Of a stretch of 64,000 nt of DNA, positions 38,031 through 47,262 are shown piece by piece. The translations under genes were made by a program, and so were the position numbers. The stretch lies in contig CAOSWK010000002.1 of the NCBI GenBank assembly GCA_948527295.1, forward strand, positions 72,416 to 136,415, read 5' to 3'. The stretch is from an uncultured Eubacteriales bacterium. Lineage in GTDB: Bacteria; Bacillota; Clostridia; Oscillospirales; Acutalibacteraceae. The notes below the pieces were generated by a model, which was given only the letters and a program-made list of their open reading frames with translations, had not been told where the DNA came from and ran no database searches. Position 1 is the first letter of the stretch; the number at the start of each line of letters is the position of its first letter.

Positions 38031-38543
38031 TCAGTCCTCATAGTTTATGTTGACGGCAAACCCCTTGGTAAAAAAATATATGAGAGGCGACAACGCCGCC
38101 GTGTACAGGGCCGCTATCAAATAGTGGTTAACAAGCGCATATAATCTGTCCGCATAGCCGAAAAACAAGAACTCAACCAAAAAATGCACAGCGTAAAAAG
38201 CGAAAATAAAGGCAATAGCCACTGCAACCGAAGTGACCAAATTGAACTTTATGATTTTTTGCGCAAAGTTTCCAACCAAAAATCCCAAACAAGTCGTTGC
38301 AATCGAATAAAACCCAATACCGCCCGTTGCACCAACATCCAAAAGCAGCCCAATGAAAAATCCAAACACGGCGCCAACCGTGTGACCTTCAAATAGCGCG
38401 ATCATAACGGCAACCGGCACCAAAATTACAGGCCTCACGCCATATATACTCGGAATCAAATTTGGCGTCTGCTCCAAAACATAAACCATCAAAATCTCAA
38501 TAACATACGCAAAAAATCGCGCGCATCTGTAAGCAATCCGCAT
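38031..38543 (-). CDS. mreD: Rod shape-determining protein MreD
   Basis: 170-aa polytopic membrane protein directly downstream of mreC. AAGGAGGG SD. Confidence 0.8.
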   Translation of the reverse strand: MRIAYRCARFFAYVIEILMVYVLEQTPNLIPSIYGVRPVILVPVAVMIALFEGHTVGAVFGFFIGLLLDVGATGGIGFYSIATTCLGFLVGNFAQKIIKFNLVTSVAVAIAFIFAFYAVHFLVEFLFFGYADRLYALVNHYLIAALYTAALSPLIYFFTKGFAVNINYED

Positions 38544-38576
38544 CAGGGCCCTCCTTTTTACGCTAAAATAAATACC

Positions 38577-39464
38577 TCAATTTTTCGCCGCTTTTGGCAT
38601 CAGCTCTGCGGCGATCTCCCCCTTACCGCTAAAATCCGTCAAAACAAACACGTCAATAACATTTTTAACGTCGTCAAACGGCACAATCACCGCATAAAAA
38701 GAGGAATCATAATCATCGTTTTTGGTCTCAACAACCTTGCCAATGGGCAGCCCCTTGGGGCAAATGCCTCCAAGCCCCGTCGTGACTATAATGTCGTCAG
38801 GTTTAATTTTATTCTGCGCCGAAATATACATCAAAGCGGTCTGGTTGTTATCGGCCAACGACTTTTTGCCCGTCACAACGCCACTGTCGCCAGTTCCAGC
38901 ATCAATCGCACCCATCTTGTACTCCGGCGACAAAATCGTCTTAACCCGGCAAGAGTGCTCCCTTACCGCAGAAACCCGCCCAATCAGCCCATTTTCGGTA
39001 ATTACCGGATCGTTTTCGCAAACGCCGTCACTGCTGCCTTTATCCAAAGTAAAGCCATAAAACAAATCATTCGGATCCCGCGCAATAACCTCTGCAGTCT
39101 TAAATTTTAGCGATTTATTCTGCTTCTTAAAGCCATAAAACTTCAAGTATTGCGCATTTTCGCGTTTCACATCGTAATAGTCCACCAAAATCGCCCTCAT
39201 ACGGACAAGCTCGGTTTTTAGACTTTTTATCTCTTTTTCATATTCATCAGCAGATTTTTGATTCTTAGGCAAAACAGAGGCCGCCGCGTCGGTAAGGTCG
39301 TTCGACACCATCTGCATGGGCGTTACAATACAGTCAACAATTTTAGGAATAAAGTTCGTGCCCGGCACAAAGGTCAAAATGGAAATTCCCCCAGCGATAA
39401 AGCAGCACGCAACAAAAAGCTTGAACCCATTGCTTTTAAAAAATCTTTTAAAATCCAACGCCAC
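38577..39464 (-). CDS. mreC: Rod shape-determining protein MreC
   Basis: N-terminal TM helix, coiled-coil (EYEKEIKSLKTELVRMR), beta-barrel C-terminal domains (GLIGRV, GGICPKGLPIGKV). GTG start. Confidence 0.88.
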   Translation of the reverse strand: MALDFKRFFKSNGFKLFVACCFIAGGISILTFVPGTNFIPKIVDCIVTPMQMVSNDLTDAAASVLPKNQKSADEYEKEIKSLKTELVRMRAILVDYYDVKRENAQYLKFYGFKKQNKSLKFKTAEVIARDPNDLFYGFTLDKGSSDGVCENDPVITENGLIGRVSAVREHSCRVKTILSPEYKMGAIDAGTGDSGVVTGKKSLADNNQTALMYISAQNKIKPDDIIVTTGLGGICPKGLPIGKVVETKNDDYDSSFYAVIVPFDDVKNVIDVFVLTDFSGKGEIAAELMPKAAKN

Positions 39465-39582
39465 CGCCCCCTTGCAAAAGTCCGCCTTAAATTACAAAAA
39501 TCTTGCCATTAATCAGGCGGAGACCCCTCAAAATTGATCCCCGCCCACAAAAAAAGATAAAAATAAATCAATCAAAACAAAA

Positions 39583-40593
39583 TTACGGCCTTTTCCGCCG
39601 ATAATAACTCCTCGGCATAACAAGCTCCAAGCGTTTGCCCGTGCCATCTGCCACGCAGTCAAGCGGGCGTTCTGCCACATGCACAACCATCCTCGTCTCT
39701 TGCGAGATCAGCTGATCTAGTCCGCGAAGCAAAGCGCCGCCGCCAGTCAGCATAATCCCATGGTCAATAATGTCAGCCGAGAGCTCCGGCGGAGTCTTCT
39801 CAAGCGTGCTTTTAATAGCATCAATAATGGCTGTCAGTGGCTCAAATAAGGCCTCCCGCACCTCTTCGGCCGTAATCTCAATATGCTTTGGCAATCCGTC
39901 CACCAAATTTCTGCCTTTAATCTCCATCGAGCCTTCATTCTCGTAGCTAAATGCCGACCCAATCTGGATCTTAATGTTCTCCGCCGTGCGCTCGCCAATC
40001 AGCAGATTATACTTCTTTTTAATGTAAGCTACAATCGCCTCGTCAAACCGATTTCCCGCCACGCGCACAGACTGCGATGTAACAATGTCCCCCAAAGAAA
40101 TAACCGCAATCTCCGAAGTGCCGCCGCCAATGTCAACAACCATACTTCCAGTAGGCTCCGCAACAGGCAACCCAGCTCCAATAGCAGCCGCCATAGGTTC
40201 TTGAATCAGCTCAACTTCCTTTGCCCCAGCCTGACGCGTTGCATCTTCAACCGCGCGCTTTTCAACCTCTGTAACGCCCGCCGGAATGCACACAACGACC
40301 TTTGGCCGCTTGCTAAACAAACTAGTTTTCACTGTTTTTCTTATAAAATGCTTCAACATAGTGGCAGTAATATCAAAATTTGCGATCACACCGTCTTTTA
40401 AAGGGCTCACTGCAACAATAGACCCCGGCGTTCTGCCTATCATATCTTTAGCCTGCAGCCCAACCGCCAAAACAGTGTCAGTATTAACGTCCACCGCAAC
40501 AACCGACGGCTCGCGCAAGATAATCCCTTTATTCTTCATAAACACCAAAGTATTCGCCGTGCCCAAATCTATCCCAATATCCCGTGAAAACAT
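39583..40593 (-). CDS. mreB: Rod shape-determining protein MreB (actin-like ATPase)
   Basis: [11 protein letters not shown] phosphate-1 motif, [17 protein letters not shown]. Start set to ATG 40593 after AAGAGG. Confidence 0.95.
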   Translation of the reverse strand: MFSRDIGIDLGTANTLVFMKNKGIILREPSVVAVDVNTDTVLAVGLQAKDMIGRTPGSIVAVSPLKDGVIANFDITATMLKHFIRKTVKTSLFSKRPKVVVCIPAGVTEVEKRAVEDATRQAGAKEVELIQEPMAAAIGAGLPVAEPTGSMVVDIGGGTSEIAVISLGDIVTSQSVRVAGNRFDEAIVAYIKKKYNLLIGERTAENIKIQIGSAFSYENEGSMEIKGRNLVDGLPKHIEITAEEVREALFEPLTAIIDAIKSTLEKTPPELSADIIDHGIMLTGGGALLRGLDQLISQETRMVVHVAERPLDCVADGTGKRLELVMPRSYYRRKRP

Positions 40594-40810
40594 TTTGCCT
40601 CTTTTGCTCCCTTCAACCTCAGCACGATCACACATTCGCGCATGCGCAAAAACGTTATTTTTAAATATTATACTACACGCGGCGCGGATTTCTCAACAAA
40701 AAAACTTACATTTAAAAATTATCTCCTAAACACACAAAAAAAGCGCGCATCCACACATATTTTTAGCAGATTACGCGCCTTAAACTTCTTTCTTCTTTTT
40801 TCAGATTTAA

Positions 40811-41089
40811 TTAAAAAAACAAATTTTTACTTGCCCATTTTTCTGCTTCTTTTTTGGTGGCAAATGTTTTACTCTTCTTCGGACCTATTCCCAAAGTCCT
40901 TCCCTCAACAGTATAATCAGTCCACTCTTTAGGTACGTAATTCGTCGCTTCCGTTACTTCGGAATGAAATGTCTCCATTATTTTATAGCCTCCAGAAGCA
41001 GACTCTAATTCTTCTTCAGTTAAGCAAACCTCATTGCCATTCTTTTTGCTTGCTTTTGCCAAAGTTTCATCGTTTTTACCTTTTTTCAT
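40811..41089 (-). CDS. Small protein (92 aa) with a double-glycine-type N-terminal leader, paralog 1
   Basis: AAGGAGAG SD 7 nt before the ATG. 34-aa N-terminus MKKGKNDE...VCLTEEELESASGG. C-terminal KEWT..V..LGI.P..KTFATKKEAEKW is shared with the upstream paralog. Confidence 0.6.
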   Translation of the reverse strand: MKKGKNDETLAKASKKNGNEVCLTEEELESASGGYKIMETFHSEVTEATNYVPKEWTDYTVEGRTLGIGPKKSKTFATKKEAEKWASKNLFF

Positions 41090-41142
41090 CTTTCATCTCT
41101 CCTTTTCTAATTTTAACAACATATTACACATGTTGCTATGCA

Positions 41143-41171
41143 ATTATACCAAATATTTTTAGTTTTGTCAA
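41143..41171 (-). promoter_or_regulatory. Consensus SigA-type promoter for paralog 1
   Basis: Minus strand: TTGACA (41171-41166), 17-nt spacer, extended -10 TGGTATAAT (TATAAT 41148-41143). The -35 box abuts the stop codon of paralog 2. Confidence 0.6.
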
Positions 41172-41444
41172 TTACATTTTTCCTTTTAGCCAGTTTTGAG
41201 CTTCCTCTTCTGTCGCAAACGTCTTCTTTTCAGTAAAAGGAATCAGTCCAAAAAAGACATTTTTCTTAACCGAAGCTGTCCATTTTTCCTTTCCATTTTC
41301 AGAGACACAACTCAAACCCCAGCCCACAGAAGAACCTCTGCCACCCCCAGCAGCAGCCTCCAGCTGGTCGTCCGTAAGGCAAATGCTCTCATCAAATTCA
41401 ACCCTAGTTCTGTTCAAAGCCTCATCACGCTTACCTTTTTTCAT
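41172..41444 (-). CDS. Small protein (90 aa) with a double-glycine-type N-terminal leader, paralog 2
   Basis: Start set to ATG 41444 (MKKGKRDE), ~9 nt after GAAAGGGA. 34-aa N-terminus ending ICLTDDQLEAAAGG. C-terminal KEKWTASVKK..FGLIPF.EKKTFATEEEAQNW. Confidence 0.6.
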   Translation of the reverse strand: MKKGKRDEALNRTRVEFDESICLTDDQLEAAAGGGRGSSVGWGLSCVSENGKEKWTASVKKNVFFGLIPFTEKKTFATEEEAQNWLKGKM

Positions 41445-41493
41445 ATTTATCATCCCTTTCTAAAATAAACAGCACATAAAAATTGTTGACACA

Positions 41494-41522
41494 ATTATAC
41501 CAAAATATTTTTAAATTGTCAA
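41494..41522 (-). promoter_or_regulatory. Consensus SigA-type promoter for paralog 2
   Basis: Minus strand: TTGACA (41522-41517), 17-nt spacer, TGGTATAAT (TATAAT 41499-41494). Nearly identical to the 41143-41171 module. Confidence 0.6.
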
Positions 41523-41579
41523 TATTTTTGTATTAAACTACAGCATACCTTAAATAATTAAATGCTTTTTAGCTCTTCA

Positions 41580-42017
41580 TTACTTGCCAGTTGAACCAAA
41601 ACCGCCCTCTCCACGAACCGTGCTCTCTAGACTTTCTACTTCACAAAAAGACACAGGCAAAACCGGCATTATTATCATCTGCGCAATGCGTTCATTCTGT
41701 TTAACCGTGTAATCCTTTGCACTAAAATTCCTCAAACTAACGTAAATTTCGCCTCTGTAGTCACTGTCCACCACGCCAACGGAATTTGCCAAAGAAATCC
41801 CAAACTTAGTCGCAAGGCCACTTCTTGCAAAAATAAAAGCAGCCATCTCTTTGCTTGGCAACTCAATCGCAATCCCCATCGCAACTAAAGCCGATTCACC
41901 AGCTTTTATCGTAATATCCTCATCTATGCAAGCGTATAAGTCCAGCCCAGCAGCACCCACTGTTGCCCGCTGCGGAATTATCGCACCTTCTCGCTTCTTT
42001 TGCACTTTCACAACCAT
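41580..42017 (-). CDS. dut: dUTP diphosphatase
   Basis: AGLDL, GVVDSDYRGE, RGEGGFGSTG motifs. The start is ambiguous (ATG 42017 or TTG 42035). Confidence 0.88.
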   Translation of the reverse strand: MVVKVQKKREGAIIPQRATVGAAGLDLYACIDEDITIKAGESALVAMGIAIELPSKEMAAFIFARSGLATKFGISLANSVGVVDSDYRGEIYVSLRNFSAKDYTVKQNERIAQMIIMPVLPVSFCEVESLESTVRGEGGFGSTGK

Positions 42018-42242
42018 CTCAGACTTCACTATCAATCAGCCTTTCTTAAAGCTCATATTATTAAAATTTTAATTACACAAAATAAAAATCGCGCCTAGCT
42101 ATAAACGCGACTTTGCATATACTCCAAAACACAACCGGTTGGTCTTGGTAGTTATAGAGAACCTACAAACTTAAAACGCGGGCGATAAAATAAAAAATTC
42201 ACAATCAGCTTCGATCGCGAATTGGTGTGCGCGACCACGCGC

Positions 42243-42316
42243 TGGCTGCGGAACTAGGATTCGAACCCAGACAAACAGAGTCAGAGTCTGCTGTGCTACC
42301 CTTACACAATTCCGCA
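42243..42316 (-). tRNA. tRNA-Gln (anticodon CUG), CCA encoded
   Basis: Hand-folded cloverleaf. Acceptor TGCGGAA/TTCCGCA with U1-A72 and G73, both typical of bacterial tRNA-Gln. D stem GTGT/GCAC. Anticodon stem GCAGA/TCTGT with loop CTCTGAC. T arm CTGGG-TTCGAAT-CCTAG. 3' GCCA. Confidence 0.85.
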
Positions 42317-42328
42317 TCAATAAAATTA

Positions 42329-42357
42329 ATTATACCTCAAAAGATAAGCAAAGTCAA
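42329..42357 (-). promoter_or_regulatory. SigA-type promoter for tRNA-Gln
   Basis: Minus strand: TTGACT (42357-42352), 17-nt spacer, TATAAT (42334-42329), 12 nt before the tRNA 5' end. Confidence 0.55.
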
Positions 42358-42384
42358 GCGCATAAGCTAAAAATCAATCTCAAT

Positions 42385-42430
42385 TCAAAAAAGCAAAAGC
42401 ATGACTACACAAAAGAGCCATGCTTTTTTT
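42385..42430 (-). terminator. Rho-independent terminator after rplL
   Basis: AAAGCATG (42396-42403) / CATGCTTT (42419-42426) stem with T-runs on both strands. Confidence 0.65.
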
Positions 42431-42449
42431 ATGTTAATTAAAGATAAAA

Positions 42450-42830
42450 TTACTTAACTTCTACTTCTGCGCCAGCTTCGGTCAACTTAGCTTTAATAGC
42501 CTCCGAATCTTCCTTAGAAACGCCCTCTTTCAGCGTCTTTGGCGCACCGTCTACAATTTCCTTAGCTTCTTTCAAGCCAAGGCCAGTAACCTCTTTAACA
42601 ATCTTAATAACAGCAACTTTGTTGCCGCCAGCCGATTTCAAAACGATGTCGAAAGCAGACTTTTCTTCAGCAGCAGCTGCGCCACCACCAGCAGCCGGAG
42701 CAGCAGCCACAGCAACAGGAGCAGCAGCAGATACGCCAAACTCCTCCTCCAAAGCCTTAACAAGCTCGCTCAATTCCAAAACAGTCAACGCTTTAACGTC
42801 TTCAATTAACTTCGCAACTTTATCTGACAT
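42450..42830 (-). CDS. rplL: 50S ribosomal protein L7/L12
   Basis: [33 protein letters not shown], Ala/Gly hinge, C-terminal [22 protein letters not shown] 42830 after GGAGGA. Confidence 0.95.
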   Translation of the reverse strand: MSDKVAKLIEDVKALTVLELSELVKALEEEFGVSAAAPVAVAAAPAAGGGAAAAEEKSAFDIVLKSAGGNKVAVIKIVKEVTGLGLKEAKEIVDGAPKTLKEGVSKEDSEAIKAKLTEAGAEVEVK

Positions 42831-42928
42831 AATAATTATCCTCCAAAAATTCAATAAATTTGAGCACAAAGCCCTTCTTAACAATACAATATAAAAACTA
42901 AACTAATAAAATAAACTCAAGTAAGCAA

Positions 42929-43471
42929 TCAAGCACTCTGCTCGCTCTGCTGCTTGCTAGCAATAGCGCCAAGAGCCACAACAAGCCCTCTAATAGTGCC
43001 ATTAAGCACAGCAACAAACCCAGAAATCGGCGCGTTCAAGCCACCCAAAGCCTTTGCCACAAGCACTTCTTTTGTAGGCAGCTTAGCAAGATTATTAACC
43101 TCAGCCTCGCTAATTACGCTCCCCTCAATAAAACCAGCCTTCGCCTTAAAAAAGTCGTGATCCTTAGCAAAATTACAAAGAATCCTGGCTGCAGCAACAT
43201 GGTCGTCCTTACTAATAGCAATAGCAGTAGTCCCCTCAAGAAAAGGCTCCAGCCCGTCAATCTCGGCTTCCTTAGCAGCTCGTTGAAGCAAAGTATTTTT
43301 AACAACAAAATACTCAACGCCCGTTTCCCTCAGCTCTTTGCGCAACTTAGTGTCGTCCGCAACGTTAATGCCCTTATAATTAACGATAACACCAGCACAA
43401 GCGCTCTTTAAATTTTCGGCCAAATTTGCAACCAACGCCTTTTTTTGTTCCAAAATTTTTTCGCTCGGCAA
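42929..43471 (-). CDS. rplJ: 50S ribosomal protein L10
   Basis: L10 pattern (KKALVANLAENLKSACAGVIVNYKGINVADDTKLRKELRE). TTG 43471 lies 8 nt after GGAGG. The upstream part of the track ORF is leader. Confidence 0.9.
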   Translation of the reverse strand: MPSEKILEQKKALVANLAENLKSACAGVIVNYKGINVADDTKLRKELRETGVEYFVVKNTLLQRAAKEAEIDGLEPFLEGTTAIAISKDDHVAAARILCNFAKDHDFFKAKAGFIEGSVISEAEVNNLAKLPTKEVLVAKALGGLNAPISGFVAVLNGTIRGLVVALGAIASKQQSEQSA

Positions 43472-43645
43472 TTCATTCACCTCCACAGCCAAAATTTTCA
43501 GATACACAAAAGCAAAACGCCCATTCCGCAAACCGCAGAAAAGGCGCAAACACTCACAAAACAAGCATACCCGCGCTAATCCTCGGTAGGCGTGAACTCA
43601 CATTACGCATAATCATGCACCTACTGTCTTTGGAATAACAGTCTT
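43472..43645 (-). promoter_or_regulatory. Probable ribosomal protein L10 leader (autoregulatory 5' UTR of rplJL)
   Basis: ~170-nt untranslated, GC-rich, structured region between a consensus promoter and the rplJ start. This is the position the Firmicutes L10 leader occupies. The fold was not verified. Confidence 0.45.
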
Positions 43646-43650
43646 AAAGT

Positions 43651-43679
43651 ATGATACCACTCATTTTCAAGTTTGTCAA
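43651..43679 (-). promoter_or_regulatory. SigA-type promoter for rplJL
   Basis: Minus strand: TTGACA (43679-43674), 17-nt spacer, TGGTATCAT (TATCAT 43656-43651). Confidence 0.55.
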
Positions 43680-43717
43680 GAGGTTCAAAAAATTTTCGCA
43701 CAAATTTTTAAACAAAG

Positions 43718-45112
43718 CTAAAATTCTGCAGTTCCGGTAGTTCTGGGGAAGGGTAGCACGTCCCGAATATTTGAGATTCCCGTCAAATACATGATAAGAC
43801 GTTCAAACCCTAAGCCAAACCCCGAATGCACCGCCGACCCGTATCGCCGAAGGTCCAAGTACCACCAATAGTCTTCCTCTTGCAAATTTAATTCCTTCAT
43901 CCGCAAAATCAAGCGCTCCAACCGTTCTTCACGCTGGCTTCCCCCCACAATTTCGCCAATCCCAGGCACCAGCAAATCCATCGCCGCCACGGTCCGGCCA
44001 TCCTCGTTCTCGCGCATATAAAACGACTTTATCTCCTTGGGGTAGTCGATCACAAAAACCGGCTTTTGGTAGACCTTCTCCGTCAAATACTTCTCGTGCT
44101 CGGTCTGCAGATCTATTCCCCACGACACCTTATACTCAAAGGCATCATTATTCTTTTCCAGAATTTTTATTGCGTCCGTGTACGTCACAACGCCAAAGTC
44201 CGAATTCACAATATTCGTGAGCTTGCTTATCAGCTCTTTGTCGTAAAAATTGTTAAAAAACTCCATATCCGCCGAGCAAATCGCCAGCACGTAGCTTATG
44301 ATGAATTTCATCATGTTCTCGGCAACGTCCATGCAGTCCTTTAAGTCAGCAAACGCCATTTCTGGCTCAATCATCCAAAACTCCGCTGCGTGCCGCTGTG
44401 TGTAAGATTTCTCTGCCCGAAAGGTGGGCCCAAACGTATAAATGTTTCCCAACGCCAGTGCCATGCATTCGCCCTCCAGCTGGCCAGAGACCGTCAGTGA
44501 GGTATGCTTTTGAAAAAAGTCCTGCGAATAGTCCACATGGCCGTCCTCAGTCTTCGGAACATTCTCAAGATCCAGCGTAGTAATCGTAAACATCTCGCCG
44601 GCGCCTTCACAGTCGCTGCCCGTGATTATCGGAGTGTGCGCGTAAACGAACCCCTGCTCCTGAAAAAACTTATGAATAGCATAAGCCGCAGCAGAACGGA
44701 CTCTATAAGCCGCGCCAAATGTGTTCGTCCTGGGACGCAGATGCGCAATCGTCCTCAAATATTCAAGCGTGTGCCTCTTTTTTTGCAGCGGATAATCACT
44801 CGTAGATTCGCCTTCGATAAAGATTTCGGTTGCCTGAATTTCAAAAGGTTGCTTGGCCTGTGGGGTAAGCAGCAAATTGCCTTTTACGCAAACCGCCGAT
44901 CCCACGTTGAGTTTGGCGACCTCCCTAAAATTCTCCACCTTGTCCTCAACAAAAACCACCTGCAGGTCCTTAAAAAAGCTGCCATCGTTAAGCTGCATAA
45001 ATCCCAATGCCTTCGAGTCCCGAATAGTCTTAACCCAGCCGCAAACGGTTATTCCTTTATCCGCAAATCTCGCCGAATTCTTGTAAAGCTCCGCTATTTT
45101 TACTCTCTTCAT
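43718..45112 (-). CDS. asnS: Asparagine--tRNA ligase
   Basis: Class IIb aaRS: N-terminal OB anticodon-binding domain, FRAE motif 2, GGSQREER and GFGLGFERL motif 3. 464 aa, typical AsnRS length. Confidence 0.88.
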   Translation of the reverse strand: MKRVKIAELYKNSARFADKGITVCGWVKTIRDSKALGFMQLNDGSFFKDLQVVFVEDKVENFREVAKLNVGSAVCVKGNLLLTPQAKQPFEIQATEIFIEGESTSDYPLQKKRHTLEYLRTIAHLRPRTNTFGAAYRVRSAAAYAIHKFFQEQGFVYAHTPIITGSDCEGAGEMFTITTLDLENVPKTEDGHVDYSQDFFQKHTSLTVSGQLEGECMALALGNIYTFGPTFRAEKSYTQRHAAEFWMIEPEMAFADLKDCMDVAENMMKFIISYVLAICSADMEFFNNFYDKELISKLTNIVNSDFGVVTYTDAIKILEKNNDAFEYKVSWGIDLQTEHEKYLTEKVYQKPVFVIDYPKEIKSFYMRENEDGRTVAAMDLLVPGIGEIVGGSQREERLERLILRMKELNLQEEDYWWYLDLRRYGSAVHSGFGLGFERLIMYLTGISNIRDVLPFPRTTGTAEF

Positions 45113-45185
45113 CGCAAGGCATAATCAGCCAAACGGCCGCATTATGCGCTTCCCACCCTTCTTTTTATATAAAATTTCAGCATAT

Positions 45186-45214
45186 ATTATACCAAACTCT
45201 GGCTAAACTATCAA
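45186..45214 (-). promoter_or_regulatory. SigA-type promoter for asnS
   Basis: Minus strand: TTGATA (45214-45209), 17-nt spacer, TGGTATAAT (TATAAT 45191-45186). Confidence 0.5.
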
Positions 45215-45253
45215 CAAAGCCCGTAAAACTCCCGCTCAGCTGAGTTTTATTTA

Positions 45254-45880
45254 TCATTTGGTTGCGCCGGTTTTCATCAATCTCGCTTGAGCACTGCGTT
45301 CGTTTTCGTCCAGCTTCATCAAAATGTACCGGATCCCGCCCTCTGCCTGAGGAATCACCACATACTCCAGCGCGTTGACTCTTCTGCGCGTTTTTTCGAT
45401 TTCTCTAGCCAAAAGCTGACATGATTTCTCGACCTCCGCCAACTTCAGCATATCTTCAAAAACCTCCGAGAGCGCCCCCACCGCGTCGTCCAAGCTAAAA
45501 GATGTAAACGCCAGCCCATACGAATATATGTCGTTTTTGTCGGCCGTCCTGGTGCTAAAGCTAAACTTCGGCACGTTCACGCTCATAATGTTCCTGCTAG
45601 AAACCTCAATAGAAACGGCCTGCTTAGGCGCAAGGAGCGCAACATTTAAGGCTTCTTCGCTCATTTCAGATTTAGCCATCAAAAATTTTTCGTTGGCCCT
45701 TTTTATGCCGCGCTCAACCTTCTGCCGCAGATTTTTGTTCTCCTCCACCATGGCGATGAACTGCTTCATCAGCTCGTCTCGTTTGTCCTTCAAGAGCTTG
45801 TGCCCCCGCACGGCCATGACTCGCTTCTTTTTAAGCCTCGTGAGCTCCATTCTAGTGGGATTCACCTGTGCTGTCGCCAT
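45254..45880 (-). CDS. ntpD: V-type ATP synthase subunit D
   Basis: Long coiled-coil central-stalk protein (NPTRMELTRLKKK N-terminus typical of V/A-type D). Last gene of the operon. Confidence 0.88.
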   Translation of the reverse strand: MATAQVNPTRMELTRLKKKRVMAVRGHKLLKDKRDELMKQFIAMVEENKNLRQKVERGIKRANEKFLMAKSEMSEEALNVALLAPKQAVSIEVSSRNIMSVNVPKFSFSTRTADKNDIYSYGLAFTSFSLDDAVGALSEVFEDMLKLAEVEKSCQLLAREIEKTRRRVNALEYVVIPQAEGGIRYILMKLDENERSAQARLMKTGATK

Positions 45881-45882
45881 AA

Positions 45883-47262
45883 TTAATCACCACTTTTTCC
45901 GTAATATTCGTCCAAGTACTCGTCCTTAATCCGCTTGAGTTCGCTGCGCGGCAAAATCGAAAGCAGCTTCCAGCCGATGTCCAGTGTCTCCTCGATGCTT
46001 CTGTCATTTTCGTACCCCTGCGAGACGTACTCCTCCTCAAAAGCGTCCGCAAATTTGGCGTAAAGCTTGTCGATGTCCGTAAGCGCCGCCTCTCCAAGGA
46101 TTATCATAAGCTCCTTCGCTTCCTTGCCCCTAGCATACGCCGAAAACAGCTGATTCATCGTATTCGCGTGGTCTTCTCTGGTCTTGCCCTTGCCGATTCC
46201 CTTATCTTTTAAGCGCGAAAGTGACGGCAAAACGTCAATCGGCGGCGTCAGGCCCTTTCTAAACAATTCTCGGCTCAAAATGATTTGCCCCTCTGTTATA
46301 TACCCCGTCAAATCTGGGATCGGGTGCGTTTTGTCATCCTCAGGCATCGTCAGAATCGGAATAAGCGTGATGCTGCCCTTTTTCCCCTTCTGACGTCCCG
46401 CTCGTTCGTAAATCGAAGCTAAATCTGTATACATATAGCCTGGATATCCACGCCGACCGGGGACTTCTCTGCGCGCGGCCGAAACCTCCCTCAAAGCGTC
46501 GGCATAGTTCGTGATGTCCGTCATGATCACCAGCACGTGCATATCCTTCTCAAAAGCCAAGAACTCCGCCGCCGTCAAGGCCATCTTGGGCGTAGCGATG
46601 CGCTCAACCGCCGGGTCGTTGGCCAAATTCAAAAACATCACCGTCCGGTCTATGGCGCCGGTGGCCTCAAAGCTCTCAACGAAAAATTGCGACTCCTCAA
46701 AAGTGATGCCCATCGCCGCAAAAACAACCGCAAAAGACTCCTGCGCACCGCGAACCTTAGCCTGGCGCGCTATTTGAGCCGCCAGTTTTGCATGAGGCAA
46801 TCCACTGGCAGAAAAAATCGGTAACTTTTGGCCTCTAACGAGCGTATTCAAGCCATCGATAGCCGAAACGCCCGTCTGAATAAACTCCTGCGGATAATTT
46901 CTCGCAGCAGGGTTCATCGGCAAGCCATTTATGTCCATTCGCTTTTCTGGCAAAACTTCTGCACCGCCGTCAATAGGCCGTCCCAACCCGTCAAAAACTC
47001 GACTCAGCATATCAATCGAGACGCCAAGCTGCATGCTTCTGCCCAAAAATCGCACCTTGCTGTTAGAAAGATTTATCCCCGCGGAATTCTCAAACAGCTG
47101 CACCAAAGCATTCGTCCCGTCAATTTCAAGCACTCTGCACCGGCGTTTTTCTCCGTTTGCAAGCTCTATTTCGCCCAGCTCATCGAAGTTCACGTCCTCA
47201 ACATCCCTCACCAACATCAAAGGGCCGGCAACTTCCTCTATCGTTCTGTACTCCTTCGGCAT
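45883..47262 (-). CDS. ntpB: V-type ATP synthase subunit B
   Basis: Non-catalytic B-subunit pattern ([34 protein letters not shown]). ATG 47262 overlaps the ntpA stop (TGATG). Confidence 0.93.
   Translation of the reverse strand: MPKEYRTIEEVAGPLMLVRDVEDVNFDELGEIELANGEKRRCRVLEIDGTNALVQLFENSAGINLSNSKVRFLGRSMQLGVSIDMLSRVFDGLGRPIDGGAEVLPEKRMDINGLPMNPAARNYPQEFIQTGVSAIDGLNTLVRGQKLPIFSASGLPHAKLAAQIARQAKVRGAQESFAVVFAAMGITFEESQFFVESFEATGAIDRTVMFLNLANDPAVERIATPKMALTAAEFLAFEKDMHVLVIMTDITNYADALREVSAARREVPGRRGYPGYMYTDLASIYERAGRQKGKKGSITLIPILTMPEDDKTHPIPDLTGYITEGQIILSRELFRKGLTPPIDVLPSLSRLKDKGIGKGKTREDHANTMNQLFSAYARGKEAKELMIILGEAALTDIDKLYAKFADAFEEEYVSQGYENDRSIEETLDIGWKLLSILPRSELKRIKDEYLDEYYGKSGD

Noticed and set aside
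42036-42242. Possible small RNA or terminators in the ~200-nt gap between tRNA-Gln and dut
   Set aside because: Only weak 5-bp stems (TCGCG/CGCGA at 42089-42110; AATTC/GAATT near 42190-42222) with A/T-rich flanks. That is not enough to call a terminator or an ncRNA with confidence.
45113-45185. T-box riboswitch upstream of asnS
   Set aside because: The predicted 5' UTR from the consensus promoter to the ATG is only about 65-70 nt. That is far too short for a T-box (~200 nt), and I found no T-box sequence or specifier/terminator architecture.
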